A DNA stretch of 62,198 nucleotides, counting the filler, from Nitrospinota bacterium (lineage in GTDB: Bacteria; JAUXIQ01), in NCBI GenBank assembly GCA_030620925.1. It is 9 parts of 9 records of this genome, joined end to end, with 100 filler letters (N's around TTAATTAATTAA, not from the genome) between each part and the next. Parts side by side here need not be neighbours in the genome. Positions count along the whole stretch, not along the records: positions 1 to 9,047 come from JAUXIQ010000055.1; positions 9,148 to 17,303 come from JAUXIQ010000074.1; 7 more parts are not named here. The stretch is one strand, 5' to 3'. Numbering within the stretch: the first letter of the stretch is position 1; each line of letters starts with the position of its first letter. Made by a program: the position numbers and the translations under genes. Below the pieces are notes generated by a model, which saw only the letters and a program-made list of their open reading frames with translations, did not search any database and was not told the origin of the DNA. Shown one piece after another: positions 1 through 9,590 of this stretch.

Positions 1-2
1 GG

Positions 3-395
3 AAGATAATCAACATCTCATCCACTTCCGGCGTGGCGGGGAACCCGGGCCAGGTCAACTACTCGGCGGCCAAACTGGGTATCGTGGGTTTGACCAAGAC
101 CATGGCCAAGGAATGGGGCCGCTTCGGCATCAACGTGAACTCCGTGGCTTACGGCTTCATCGAAACCCGCCTCACGCAGGACAAGGAGCAGGAAGAGAGC
201 GCGGACATCGGCGAAGGCAGAGAGGTAGCCATCGGTATCCCCAAGGCCATGAGGGATGCAGGCATCTCCATGATCCCCCTGGGAAGACCCGGAACGCCCA
301 AAGACGCCGCAGGGCCGGTGCTGTTCCTGGCCTCACCGCTTTCAGACTACGTCAGCGGTGTCTGCGTGCTGGTGACCGGCGGCTCCTACTGCTAA
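3..395 (+). CDS. SDR family oxidoreductase (3-oxoacyl-ACP/CoA reductase-like), 5'-truncated by window start
   Basis: Frame is open from base 3 (KIINISSTSGVAGNPGQVNYSAAK); YxxxK motif; C-terminal PLGRPG...VTGG. Confidence 0.9.
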   Translation, partial: KIINISSTSGVAGNPGQVNYSAAKLGIVGLTKTMAKEWGRFGINVNSVAYGFIETRLTQDKEQEESADIGEGREVAIGIPKAMRDAGISMIPLGRPGTPKDAAGPVLFLASPLSDYVSGVCVLVTGGSYC

Positions 396-426
396 ACAAC
401 GACCTAGGATTTTTCTTTTGAATAAG

Positions 427-466
427 AAAAGGGGGGAACCATTTTGAAAAAGTGTTCCCCCCTTTT
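427..466. terminator. Bidirectional intrinsic terminator-like hairpin between convergent genes
   Basis: Perfect 13-bp inverted repeat AAAAGGGGGGAAC / GTTCCCCCCTTTT. Confidence 0.7.
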
Positions 467-507
467 AATCCCCCCTCCCAAACCTTTCGCCCTACGATAA
501 ATTGAAT

Positions 508-1533
508 CTAATCCTTTTGAAAAAAAGGTTTGAGTTCTTCGCACAACCGCTCGGGAGTGAAGAGCGTTATCCCTTCGTCGTGCATGATCTTGAAGTAGTT
601 GACGTCGCTTATGTTGAGGGGAGATATTCGCAGGCGGGGGACGACCCTCGCGTGGGTCCAAAAATACTCCTCGCCGGGGCTCTGTGAGTAGAGGGTGAGA
701 TTGGCGCCGGTGACCCTGCGGCTGCCGTAGTAGTTGAACAGTTTGACCAGGCCCAGGGCCAGTTGCTCGATCTCTTCGTGGCGGCAGGCGGTGAAATCCG
801 TGTCGTTGGGCAGAATGGCTATTACGTCGGGCACGAACCCCCTTGGAGCGAAACTGACCAGCCAGGGGATATCTCCGGTGCGCCCCCCGTACCTCACGTC
901 CGCCTCTTCTTCGGCCCGGATGAGGTCTTCCCAGTAGTTGCCGGCATTGGTCTCCATATATTTTCGGCCGGACTCGATGAGTCTGCCCTGCTCCAGCGTG
1001 GGCTGGCGGGATAAGACGATCTGAAGGTGGGGGTGTATCTGGCTGGCGCCGGCGATGGGCGTATAATTCCAGTTTATGGAATAGATCCAGCGGCCCCCCT
1101 CCGCCCTTACCACCGTTTCGATATACTCCCTGGATACCGCCAGGGCGTCGACCAGCTTCTGCGCGGACCACTCTGTGATACCCACTTCGTGCTGCTCTGT
1201 GATGACCACCACCGCGTTGTGCGTATCGTAAGGGAATATATTGGGGAAGACCACCGCCTCCCCCCTCCTGAGCCTGCCCTCTGGAATCAAAGCGGGAGGG
1301 AATTTGGAGGTCATGGTCTCAATGTTTTCTTTGCAGAAGGCGCATACGGGGGGCTGATCCTCATCCGCGGTTTCCGACTGCTGCGGCGGCCTCCTCCTGT
1401 ATGCGAAAACTCTGCTGACGGCGCCGGTGAGAGGGTCCTCCCTGATCTGCACTTCCCTCCTCTTTTCCCGAAATCCATCGAAGGGGTCCAGGAAGGATGA
1501 GCTTCTCGTCTCTTGCCTGAAAACAATGGACAT
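508..1533 (-). CDS. Galactose-1-phosphate uridylyltransferase (GalT/HIT)-family protein
   Basis: REDPLTG, CAFC Zn motif, VFPNIFP, GASQIHPHLQ (HxHxQ); ATG at 1533 follows GGGGGAG. Confidence 0.8.
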   Translation of the reverse strand: MSIVFRQETRSSSFLDPFDGFREKRREVQIREDPLTGAVSRVFAYRRRPPQQSETADEDQPPVCAFCKENIETMTSKFPPALIPEGRLRRGEAVVFPNIFPYDTHNAVVVITEQHEVGITEWSAQKLVDALAVSREYIETVVRAEGGRWIYSINWNYTPIAGASQIHPHLQIVLSRQPTLEQGRLIESGRKYMETNAGNYWEDLIRAEEEADVRYGGRTGDIPWLVSFAPRGFVPDVIAILPNDTDFTACRHEEIEQLALGLVKLFNYYGSRRVTGANLTLYSQSPGEEYFWTHARVVPRLRISPLNISDVNYFKIMHDEGITLFTPERLCEELKPFFQKD

Positions 1534-1634
1534 ATGCGCCGCTCCCCCGGATATTAGCGCTTGCTTCATATTGAAAATCAGCACGGGGCCGATATCAGAC
1601 GGAAAACTAAATCAAGGATGGATTTAAAGGGGTT

Positions 1635-2141
1635 TCAGACCTCTGTAACACCATCGAGGGCGTCTATGAATATCTTTATTACCATGAAAATAGTGTTACG
1701 GGTATCATCGTTGAGGAAGTCCTGGTAGCCGTTCCCCCCGCCGCCCTCCTCAAAGATGGCTTCTATCACGTACTTGATGACAAAGAGCTGACGGACGTCA
1801 TCAGAATTTTCCAGCCTTCGCTGGAGAAGCCTTTCATCCATTTTTTGGATGCCCTTGAGCCATTCCTCATTATTTTGAAACGCGCTTTCGATGGCCTTTC
1901 TGCTGAGGGAGGGGATTTCAACCCTGACGCTCTTCTCGAACATTCGATAGACAACATAAGCCATATAAAGAGCCAGGCTGGAGATTTCTTCCCCATACTC
2001 TTCAGTAAAGGCCATGATAAACGGCGCCACACTGGGCTGAACCTTAATAAAGCGCGCCTGTTCATCAGCCATCTTTTCAACGGGATACTGACTGACCTCT
2101 TTCCACGTTTCTTCGACGAGGTCTTTATCGATAAGCTTCAT
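1635..2141 (-). CDS. Hypothetical protein
   Basis: 168-aa ORF with AAGGAG upstream, co-directional with neighbours. Confidence 0.7.
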   Translation of the reverse strand: MKLIDKDLVEETWKEVSQYPVEKMADEQARFIKVQPSVAPFIMAFTEEYGEEISSLALYMAYVVYRMFEKSVRVEIPSLSRKAIESAFQNNEEWLKGIQKMDERLLQRRLENSDDVRQLFVIKYVIEAIFEEGGGGNGYQDFLNDDTRNTIFMVIKIFIDALDGVTEV

Positions 2142-2238
2142 ATTCCCGCACTCCTTGCCGACCTGCATATACTCATAACAAATGGAACGGACGGGAAAGG
2201 TCCTCGCCCCAGAACCTCCCCATATCAGCAGTTCAGCC

Positions 2239-2331
2239 CTATTTCCTTTTCTTATGGCGCATCTTGTCTTTCAGTTTCTTATGCTTATGCTTGCGCATCT
2301 TAGCTCTTCTTTTCTTTACCACGCTGCCCAT
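2239..2331 (-). CDS. Small basic ribosomal protein bS22 / AURKAIP1-COX24 (DUF1713) family
   Basis: Own translation MGSVVKKRRAKMRKHKHKKLKDKMRHKKRK matches the MGSVxKKRRxxMxKxKHxK pattern; too short for the ORF track. Confidence 0.85.
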   Translation of the reverse strand: MGSVVKKRRAKMRKHKHKKLKDKMRHKKRK

Positions 2332-2427
2332 AACAGGTCGCTAACACCTCCCTTCAAACATTAATCAACCGCTCCAGCCATCAGGTTTTCTCCACTTCCC
2401 GGTCTGGTTATGCGCCGACACAGGGCG

Positions 2428-3996
2428 TCAATGCACCCGCCGGCCCTGGCCGCCCCAGTATTTTTCCCTGAGCTGTGCCTTGAGGATTTTCCCCGAACCA
2501 CTCTTGGGGAGCTGGTCGTCGGGGTGGAAGTCCACGGAGCGTGGACATTTATAGTGCGTTATCTGCTCCCGACAGTAATCTATTATCTCCTGCTCGGTGG
2601 CCGAATGTCCTTCTCTGAGCACCACCACAGCCTTGATGGCCTCACCCCACTTCTCATCGGGAACGCCGACCACCGCCGCCTCCAGTATGGCGGGGTGTTT
2701 GTAGAGGGCGTTCTCCACCTCGGTGGAGAAAACGTTCTCGCCGCCGGTGATTATCATGTCCTTCTTGCGGTCCACGATGAACAGGAAGCCTTCTTCGTCC
2801 ACGGTGGCCATGTCTCCCGTGTGAAACCACTCCCCGCGCAGCACGGCGGCGGTCTCCTCCGGCTTGCGCCAGTAGCCCTTCATTATGTTAGGTCCCCGGC
2901 AGATAATCTCCCCCACTTCGTCAGGCTTGACATTTTCCCCTTCGTCGTTCACCACCCGTACCTCCACTCCCGCTACCTCCCTGCCGCAGGAGGCCAGCCT
3001 TCGCACACGGTGCTCCGGACCCTCCAGGACGTGCTCGGAAGGGGGAAGCGAGGTGAGCAGCGGCGCCGTCTCGGTGAGGCCGTAGGACTGGCGGAAGAGG
3101 GGGCCTATCTTCTCCATGGCCTTCCTCATCAGCTCCACGGGCATGGGCGAACCGCCGTAGTTTATCAACCGCAGACTGCTCAGGTCGTGTTTGTCGAAAT
3201 CGGGATGGTTGATGAGGAAATTTATCATGGTGGGAATGAACAGGGTGACGGACACCTTTTCGTTCTCGATGATCTCCATGGCCGCCTTGGGGTCGAAGCT
3301 GGGCAAAAAAGTATGCTTGCCGCCCACCATGGTTATGGGGTGGCTCATGGGGCCGTCCGCCAGGTGGAACATGGGGCAGGCGTGCATGTAGACGTCGCCC
3401 TCCCTGTAGCCGAAGGTTATCAGGACGTGATAGGTGTTTGTAACGCAGTTCATGTGGGTGAGGATGACTCCTTTTGGCCCCCCGGTTGTGCCGCTGGTGT
3501 AGAACAGGCCCGCCGGGTCCTCCCTTTCCACGGAGACTTCCCCGTCAAAAGGGCCGGCGTCGGCCAGCGCATCCTCGTAGTCTATCATACCCTCCGGCGT
3601 CCCGTCTTCATCGGCGTAAATAAAACTGTTAACCGTCTTCACGTCGGCCCTGATGCTCTCCAGGATGGGCAGCATGTGCCTGTCCACCGCCAGCAGTGAG
3701 CTCTCCGAATCGTTCAGTATGTAAGTGAGCTCGCCTTCACTAAGGCGCGTGTTGATGGGAACGATAAGTGCCCCCAGCCTCGCCGTGGCGTAATAAAACT
3801 CGAGGTAGCGGTGGCAGTTCATCATGAGCACCGCCACCCGATCCCCCTTGGATGCGCCCTTTTCATGCAGACAACCGGCCAGTCTCAGGACTCTTTCCTG
3901 GAACTCTTCGTAGTTGTATTTATGTCTCCCGCAGGATACAGCCGCAGCCTCCGGGCTCAACTTAGCCGACCGTCTGAGGATATCGTATACGTTCAT
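2428..3996 (-). CDS. Long-chain fatty acid--CoA ligase (AMP-binding)
   Basis: YTSGTTGGPKG, YGLTET, FHTGD, DRKKDMI, PKSGSGKI. Confidence 0.95.
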   Translation of the reverse strand: MNVYDILRRSAKLSPEAAAVSCGRHKYNYEEFQERVLRLAGCLHEKGASKGDRVAVLMMNCHRYLEFYYATARLGALIVPINTRLSEGELTYILNDSESSLLAVDRHMLPILESIRADVKTVNSFIYADEDGTPEGMIDYEDALADAGPFDGEVSVEREDPAGLFYTSGTTGGPKGVILTHMNCVTNTYHVLITFGYREGDVYMHACPMFHLADGPMSHPITMVGGKHTFLPSFDPKAAMEIIENEKVSVTLFIPTMINFLINHPDFDKHDLSSLRLINYGGSPMPVELMRKAMEKIGPLFRQSYGLTETAPLLTSLPPSEHVLEGPEHRVRRLASCGREVAGVEVRVVNDEGENVKPDEVGEIICRGPNIMKGYWRKPEETAAVLRGEWFHTGDMATVDEEGFLFIVDRKKDMIITGGENVFSTEVENALYKHPAILEAAVVGVPDEKWGEAIKAVVVLREGHSATEQEIIDYCREQITHYKCPRSVDFHPDDQLPKSGSGKILKAQLREKYWGGQGRRVH

Positions 3997-4008
3997 CGTT
4001 TCTCCCGC

Positions 4009-4761
4009 TCAATGCATATACAGGCCGCCGCTCACGCAGACCGTCTCACCCACCACGAAGCTGCTCTGGTCCGACACTAGGTAGAGGATGGTTTTTGCTA
4101 TATCGTCCGGCTCCCCGACCCTGCCCAAGGGCGTCTGATCGCTTATCTTGTCCAGCTCTTCCTTGGGGTAGATGCGCGCCAGAAACTCATTGTAGATGAG
4201 GCCGGGGGCGATGGCGTTCACCCTTATGCCTTGCCTGGAGACCTCGTTGGCCAGCGATTTGGTGAAAGCCACGATGCCCGCCTTGGCGGCGCAGTAATGC
4301 GATTCGGTGGCTCCGCCCAGCCAGCCCGCCACCGAGGACAGGTTGACGATGGCGCCGCTCTTCTGGGCGATCATGGTAGGGAGCACGGCGCGGCAGCAGT
4401 AGAAGGTGCCCCTCAGGTTTATGTTTATCACCAGGTCCCAGGTCTCATCATCCATCTCGTGCACCGGCGCCAACTTGTTGATCCCCGCGTTGTTGACCAA
4501 TATGTCTATGCGCCCGAGCTGATCCAGCGTCCGGGCCGCCAGGTCTTCCACCTGCTTCTTATCCCGCACGTCGCAGGGGATAGCCAGTGCCTTGCGGCCG
4601 GTTTCCTTCTGTATCTCCCCGGCAAGCGCCTGCGCGCGCTGTTCGTGGGTATCGCTGACGACGACATCGGCGCCTTCCCTGGCCAACATGCTTACCGTGG
4701 CTCTCCCTATTCCCGCACCCGCAGAAGCGGTAACTATGGCGACTTTCCCCTCGAGTATCAT
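4009..4761 (-). CDS. SDR family oxidoreductase
   Basis: TASAGAGIG, NNAG, YCAAK. Confidence 0.93.
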   Translation of the reverse strand: MILEGKVAIVTASAGAGIGRATVSMLAREGADVVVSDTHEQRAQALAGEIQKETGRKALAIPCDVRDKKQVEDLAARTLDQLGRIDILVNNAGINKLAPVHEMDDETWDLVININLRGTFYCCRAVLPTMIAQKSGAIVNLSSVAGWLGGATESHYCAAKAGIVAFTKSLANEVSRQGIRVNAIAPGLIYNEFLARIYPKEELDKISDQTPLGRVGEPDDIAKTILYLVSDQSSFVVGETVCVSGGLYMH

Positions 4762-4798
4762 TTCAGAATTCTCCTCATTCTAAATCTCAGTGGTCAGG

Positions 4799-5245
4799 TT
4801 ATTTGCGCTTTAACATATAAGTCATGATCATATCCATCACTCTCTCTTCTTTCTGATTGATGGTGGTATGCTTGGCTTTTATGATTCCCCGGTCGGGCTT
4901 GCTGGTTTCCCTGGCCTCAATTATCTCGACCTCGGAGTGGAGTGTATCACCGTGGCGGACCGGAGCGTAGGCCCGCATCTGATCCACCCCCAGGAAGGCC
5001 AGCACGGTGCCCTCGAAGAAGCCCATCCGTATCCACATGCCCACGGTAAAGATGTAGGTCAGTGGGCCGGGGACCACCCTGGTGCCGAAAATGGTGTTCT
5101 TCTTTGCGAATTCCTCGTTCACAAAAAGCGGGTTGAAGATGCCCGCAAGGCCGCAGAAAGTCATGACGTCGGACTCGGTGACCGTCCTGCCACCGGTTAC
5201 GAACGTATCGCCCACCTTGAAGTCTTCGTACAATTTGGCGCTCAT
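4799..5245 (-). CDS. MaoC/PaaZ-type hotdog dehydratase
   Basis: YEDFKVGD, RTVTESD, NPLF, PVRHGDT. Confidence 0.9.
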   Translation of the reverse strand: MSAKLYEDFKVGDTFVTGGRTVTESDVMTFCGLAGIFNPLFVNEEFAKKNTIFGTRVVPGPLTYIFTVGMWIRMGFFEGTVLAFLGVDQMRAYAPVRHGDTLHSEVEIIEARETSKPDRGIIKAKHTTINQKEERVMDMIMTYMLKRK

Positions 5246-5258
5246 AGACTACCTCCCA

Positions 5259-6401
5259 TCACAGGCCCAGGCCGCGGGCGATGACGCTGCGCTGTATCTG
5301 CGACGTCCCTCCGCCCACCATGGCCTGCTTGCCTTCCCGAAAATAACGTTCCATATCATACTCAGGCATCTGGGCGTAACCGCCCAGAATCTGCATCCCG
5401 TTGGTGGCCGTCTTAAACAACGTCTCCGAAGCGAACAGTTTGGCCATGGAGGCCTCCCTGGCGCAGGGTTTACCCTGACTGACCATCCACGCCGCCCGAT
5501 AGACTATCAGACGGACGGCATCCACCTCCAGCGCCATGTCCGCCAGCATGTGCTTTATTACCTGGAACTGGGCTATGGGCTTTCCGAACTGGACCCTGTC
5601 CTTGGCATAATCCAGAGCGTCGTTGAGAGCCGTCTGTGCGTTGCCCAGGTTCATCCCCGCCACGGCCAGGCGCTCTATCTCCAAGTGGCCGGAGAGATAC
5701 TCCCAGCCGTGATTGAGCTCGCCTAACAGGTTGCTCCTGGGGACCCGCACGTCGGTGAAAAAAATCTCGTTGGTGCCTGTCGCCCGGCGGGCCAGCGTGT
5801 TCAGTCGGCGCAGCTCCAGACCCGGCGTGTTGTTAGGCACCAGGATGAGGCTTATGCCCTTGTGCTTGGGGGCGGTTTTATCGGTGCGAGCAGCCAGGCA
5901 GATGATGTTGTTTTCAGCGTGGGCGGCGGTAGAGAAGACCTTTTGCCCGTTTATTACGAAATCGTCACCGTCCTGTTCCGCCGAGATTTTGAGTGACGCG
6001 GCGTCGGAGCCTGCATCGGGCTCGGTGATGGAGATGGAAAAACGTATCTCTCCCTTGCATACCTTGGGCAGATAATTCTGCTTCTGCTCCTCCGTACCGT
6101 AGCGCACCACGTTGGTGGCGGTAAACGTGGTCAGCGCCACCGGGGTGCCGGTGTCTACCCCATACTTACCAAGACCCTCGTTGAGGATGGTGTACATGAT
6201 TGCGTCAGACCCCATCCCGCCGTACTCCTCAGGCAGCATGATGCCTATCCAGCCCAGTTCAGCCAGCCTCTTGTACAGTTCGTAAGGGTAGCGCCGTTCC
6301 TGATCGCATTGACGGTAGTATTCCCTGCCGAACTCCTTGTCCACGAAATCCTGGACCGTCTTGTGCCATAAGGCCTGTTCCTCGGTGAATTCGAAATACA
6401 T
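5259..6401 (-). CDS. Acyl-CoA dehydrogenase
   Basis: ITEPDAGSD, NGQKVF, RVQFGKPI, GGGTSQIQR. Confidence 0.95.
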   Translation of the reverse strand: MYFEFTEEQALWHKTVQDFVDKEFGREYYRQCDQERRYPYELYKRLAELGWIGIMLPEEYGGMGSDAIMYTILNEGLGKYGVDTGTPVALTTFTATNVVRYGTEEQKQNYLPKVCKGEIRFSISITEPDAGSDAASLKISAEQDGDDFVINGQKVFSTAAHAENNIICLAARTDKTAPKHKGISLILVPNNTPGLELRRLNTLARRATGTNEIFFTDVRVPRSNLLGELNHGWEYLSGHLEIERLAVAGMNLGNAQTALNDALDYAKDRVQFGKPIAQFQVIKHMLADMALEVDAVRLIVYRAAWMVSQGKPCAREASMAKLFASETLFKTATNGMQILGGYAQMPEYDMERYFREGKQAMVGGGTSQIQRSVIARGLGL

Positions 6402-6520
6402 GGTTCAAACCTCCTCATCCAGGGCTTGGCTTTTACTCTAAGGGCGCTATTATTACATAACCTTATGGAAATACAAAATTTAATCGGCTTTCGCTCGCGG
6501 GACGCCCGAAATATCCTGCA

Positions 6521-7600
6521 TCATGTGTATAGACCCTGCTCTCGCTCCCTGGCCCGTGCGCCCCACATGTCGTCGAAGGTCTCCGGTATCTCTATCCCCT
6601 CCAATGGTTTCAGCTGGAGGCAATCGACCGGGCAGTGCCTCACGCAGAGGCCGCATCCGATGCAGCGCTCTTCATCTATGGAGGCTACGTTATCCACCAT
6701 GCTGACGGCTTTGACCTGGCACACCTCGACGCATACCTCGCAACCCGTGCAGTCGGCGGCGTCGATTTCGGCCGCAAACCCCGATGAGGCCATGACCCGT
6801 GGTCGCTGAAGCTGGGAGAACCGGCGCATCAAGTGGCAGCAGCATTCACAGCAGTTGCAGATGAAGGTGATGGCTTCCTTCACGTTGTTGGTGGTATGCA
6901 CCAGGCCGTCTTCCTCCGTCTGGTCCAGGACCTTCAGCGCCTCCTCTTTGCTAACCTCGCGTCCCGCACCGCTGCCAACGAAGAATTTGCCCAGCGAGCC
7001 GAAGGCGATGCAGTTGTCCGTGGGCTTATCGCACTTTTTCAGGGCTATCCTGCATGCGCAGGGCAGGAGGGCGATGAAATTCGCCTCTTTTATGATTTCC
7101 GAGACCTTCTGGTAGGGGAGCACTTGAACGTTGGTTGGGATGGTCTGCTCCACCGGCAGAACCTTGAGAAAGGATGTTCTGGGGGCGTGCATATCGTTCC
7201 CCAATGACTTGTCGTAATATCGCTCCCAAAGTTCGCCTAATTTCTGCAGCTCCGGATGCTCCCTGGCCCTGTCGCCCATCTTGTGGAAAGGCATCTGTAT
7301 GTTCACGCCGAAAAACACTATATGAGACCACTTTCTGCCCTTCCTGGTATCGACGAAAAAGACCAGCCCCTTCTCCCGCATGGCGTCCAGCATCTGCTCC
7401 ACAGCCTCCGGCTCCATGCCCGCCCGCTCGGCGATGATTTCCACGCTCTCAGGCACGTAAGTGAGATTGCAGGCCAGGCGAGCCTCCTCCACGGTGTAGC
7501 GCATCTTAAGAATCTCGAAGAGTTCTTCCTCCCTGGGAGCGCCCAGGTCAAACTTGTCAAGTTCCTCAGCCAGCCGCTCGTAAATTTCTTCCTCTTTCAT
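6521..7600 (-). CDS. 4Fe-4S dicluster protein with N-terminal HTH-like region
   Basis: PCACR, ICNCCECCC, two CxxCxxCxxxC motifs; start at MKEEEIYERL after GGAGGG. Confidence 0.85.
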   Translation of the reverse strand: MKEEEIYERLAEELDKFDLGAPREEELFEILKMRYTVEEARLACNLTYVPESVEIIAERAGMEPEAVEQMLDAMREKGLVFFVDTRKGRKWSHIVFFGVNIQMPFHKMGDRAREHPELQKLGELWERYYDKSLGNDMHAPRTSFLKVLPVEQTIPTNVQVLPYQKVSEIIKEANFIALLPCACRIALKKCDKPTDNCIAFGSLGKFFVGSGAGREVSKEEALKVLDQTEEDGLVHTTNNVKEAITFICNCCECCCHLMRRFSQLQRPRVMASSGFAAEIDAADCTGCEVCVEVCQVKAVSMVDNVASIDEERCIGCGLCVRHCPVDCLQLKPLEGIEIPETFDDMWGARAREREQGLYT

Positions 7601-7640
7601 GAAACCCTCCTCCCCGACCGCGCGCAATATTGCGGCCAGA

Positions 7641-8546
7641 CTAAAAATATATGGTTTCGGGCATGAGGTTTTTGCCCGCTCCAAGATTGGTCTTAAAAAG
7701 CTCGTCTATACTCTCCCCGCTCAGGGGAGCGTCATAATAGAAGTAGCGGTCGGGGCCCGGTTGAGCCCAGAGGGAGATTTTGCCTCCCCCTATTCCTATC
7801 ACCTGCCCGGATACTTCCGACGCCCGGTCGCCGGCCAGAAATAGGACCACAGGCGCTATTTCCGAGGGGTCGCTGTATCCGGTGATGACGTTCTTGACCA
7901 GCTTTTTCCCCGCTTTCTTCCTGTCCGCAACCACGTCTTCTGCGAACTGGGCCATGCGGGTGGCGGCCAGTGGTGCGATGGCGTTGCAGGTAACGTTGTA
8001 GCGGACCATGTCTCTGGCCACCGCGTAGGTGAACCCCACGATGCCCGCTTTCGCCGCGCAGTAGTTGGCGCCTCCTATCTCCCCGCGGGCGGCATCGGAG
8101 GCGACGTTGATTATCCGCCCGCTCTTCTGCTGCCGCATGTGGAGGACTGCGAACTTGGTGCAGGCGAAGTGCCCCTTGAGGTGTACGCCGATAACCGTAT
8201 CCCAATCATCCTCGCTCATGTTGAAGATCATGCGGCCCCTGAAATTTCCGGCGTTGTTCACCAGTATGTCTATCTTCCCGTAATTGTCCAGGGCCGCTCC
8301 GATTATTCTTTCCGCACCCTCCATGGCGGCTACCGAATCGTAGCTGGCCACCGCCTCTCCTCCCGCACTCTTTATCTCTTCCACCACTTCATCCGCCGGC
8401 TCCCGGGATGCGCCCTCTCCTGAAACTATGCCCCCCAGATCGTTCACCACAACCCTGGCGCCCGCCCCGGCCAGCAGCAAAGCGACTGCCCTTCCGATCC
8501 CCCTGCCGGCGCCGGTCACCACGGCGACCTTACCTTTAAGATTCAT
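7641..8546 (-). CDS. SDR family oxidoreductase (hydroxyacyl-CoA dehydrogenase-like)
   Basis: TGAGRGIG, VVVNDLGG, NNAG, YCAAK. Confidence 0.93.
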   Translation of the reverse strand: MNLKGKVAVVTGAGRGIGRAVALLLAGAGARVVVNDLGGIVSGEGASREPADEVVEEIKSAGGEAVASYDSVAAMEGAERIIGAALDNYGKIDILVNNAGNFRGRMIFNMSEDDWDTVIGVHLKGHFACTKFAVLHMRQQKSGRIINVASDAARGEIGGANYCAAKAGIVGFTYAVARDMVRYNVTCNAIAPLAATRMAQFAEDVVADRKKAGKKLVKNVITGYSDPSEIAPVVLFLAGDRASEVSGQVIGIGGGKISLWAQPGPDRYFYYDAPLSGESIDELFKTNLGAGKNLMPETIYF

Positions 8547-8801
8547 CCCGAATACCCCTTCCCATGCTGTTTTTCACAGCGGTTTTTCGCTCCTATCCAG
8601 ACCACATCTTTATTTAAAACACTATTCACGGCAGGCATGATATAATAAAGTGGTAGGTATATCAACACCAGAGATATTCAGAACCCGGCTATATTTTTGT
8701 CGACATTTGAGTAATAAAATAATCAAAAGATTTTTTTAAAAAGGGCGTTAAACCATGGCGGAAATATATAAACAATCCCATTAAAGGAAGAGACACTGAT
8801 A

Positions 8802-9047
8802 ATGGAAGAGGTGGTAGCTGTAAAAGTTCTGGTGATGGACGATGAAGAAGATATCAGAGAGCTCCTGATCGAAGCGTTGACCCGCTACGGGTATGAGGTG
8901 GAGACGGCCAGGGACGGCGCACAGGCCGTCGAAATGTATAATAACGCCAGGGAGCAAGGCCAACCTTACAATGTAGTGCTGATGGATTTAATCGTGCTTG
9001 ACGGCATGGGCGGCTATGAGGCGTTACAGAAACTAAAGGAAATGGAC
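8802..9047 (+). CDS. Response regulator receiver domain, truncated by contig end
   Basis: VLVMDDE...VVLMD...GMGG. Confidence 0.85.
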
Positions 9048-9147
9048 NNNNNNNNNNNNNNNNNNNNNNNNNNNNNNNNNNNNNNNNNNNNTTAATTAAT
9101 TAANNNNNNNNNNNNNNNNNNNNNNNNNNNNNNNNNNNNNNNNNNNN
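9048..9147. other. Artificial contig linker
   Basis: 44 N + TTAATTAATTAA (stops in all six frames) + 44 N. Confidence 0.99.
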
Positions 9148-9548
9148 CGGTTGAAGTCGAAAAGGGCCAGTTTCAGGCGGGCCGATTTTTCGATACAGCC
9201 CGTGGCCAGAGCCAAAGCATACCGGCCTGAGTTTTGCAGCTGCTGAAGAAAGTCGCGCGCCCCGGCCACCTCACTGTTCGATTCGGTAAATTCGTGAAGC
9301 TTGGTCTTCAGGATTTTCACGAAACCGTTCAGTAAAGCCTCTATTTCTTCCGAAGTAGGGTCCCGGTGTCGGCGGGAGTGGATGATTTCTTCCACTATGC
9401 CGGTATCCGTGTAGTTCGTGTAGGAAGACCATTCGGTATTAATTCCATGGAAGCCGTGTACTTCCTGAAATGCCTGGCTGAAGGCTTCGGACTCAGCACG
9501 GTCGACGTCTATTAGTGTGCCGTCTATGTCGAAAAGCAGTAATTTCAC
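9148..9548 (-). CDS. HAD-superfamily hydrolase, 3'-truncated
   Basis: LFDIDGTL motif I, LATG motif II. Confidence 0.88.
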
Positions 9549-9590
9549 TATCGCCGTCGGAAAAGGAGTGCGTTCATATTATTTTTATGG

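Noticed and set aside
2410-3699. 429-aa plus-strand ORF and similar long antisense ORFs (9663..10472, 28413..29222, 55473..56135)
   Set aside because: Shadows of well-supported genes in GC-rich DNA; no recognisable motifs
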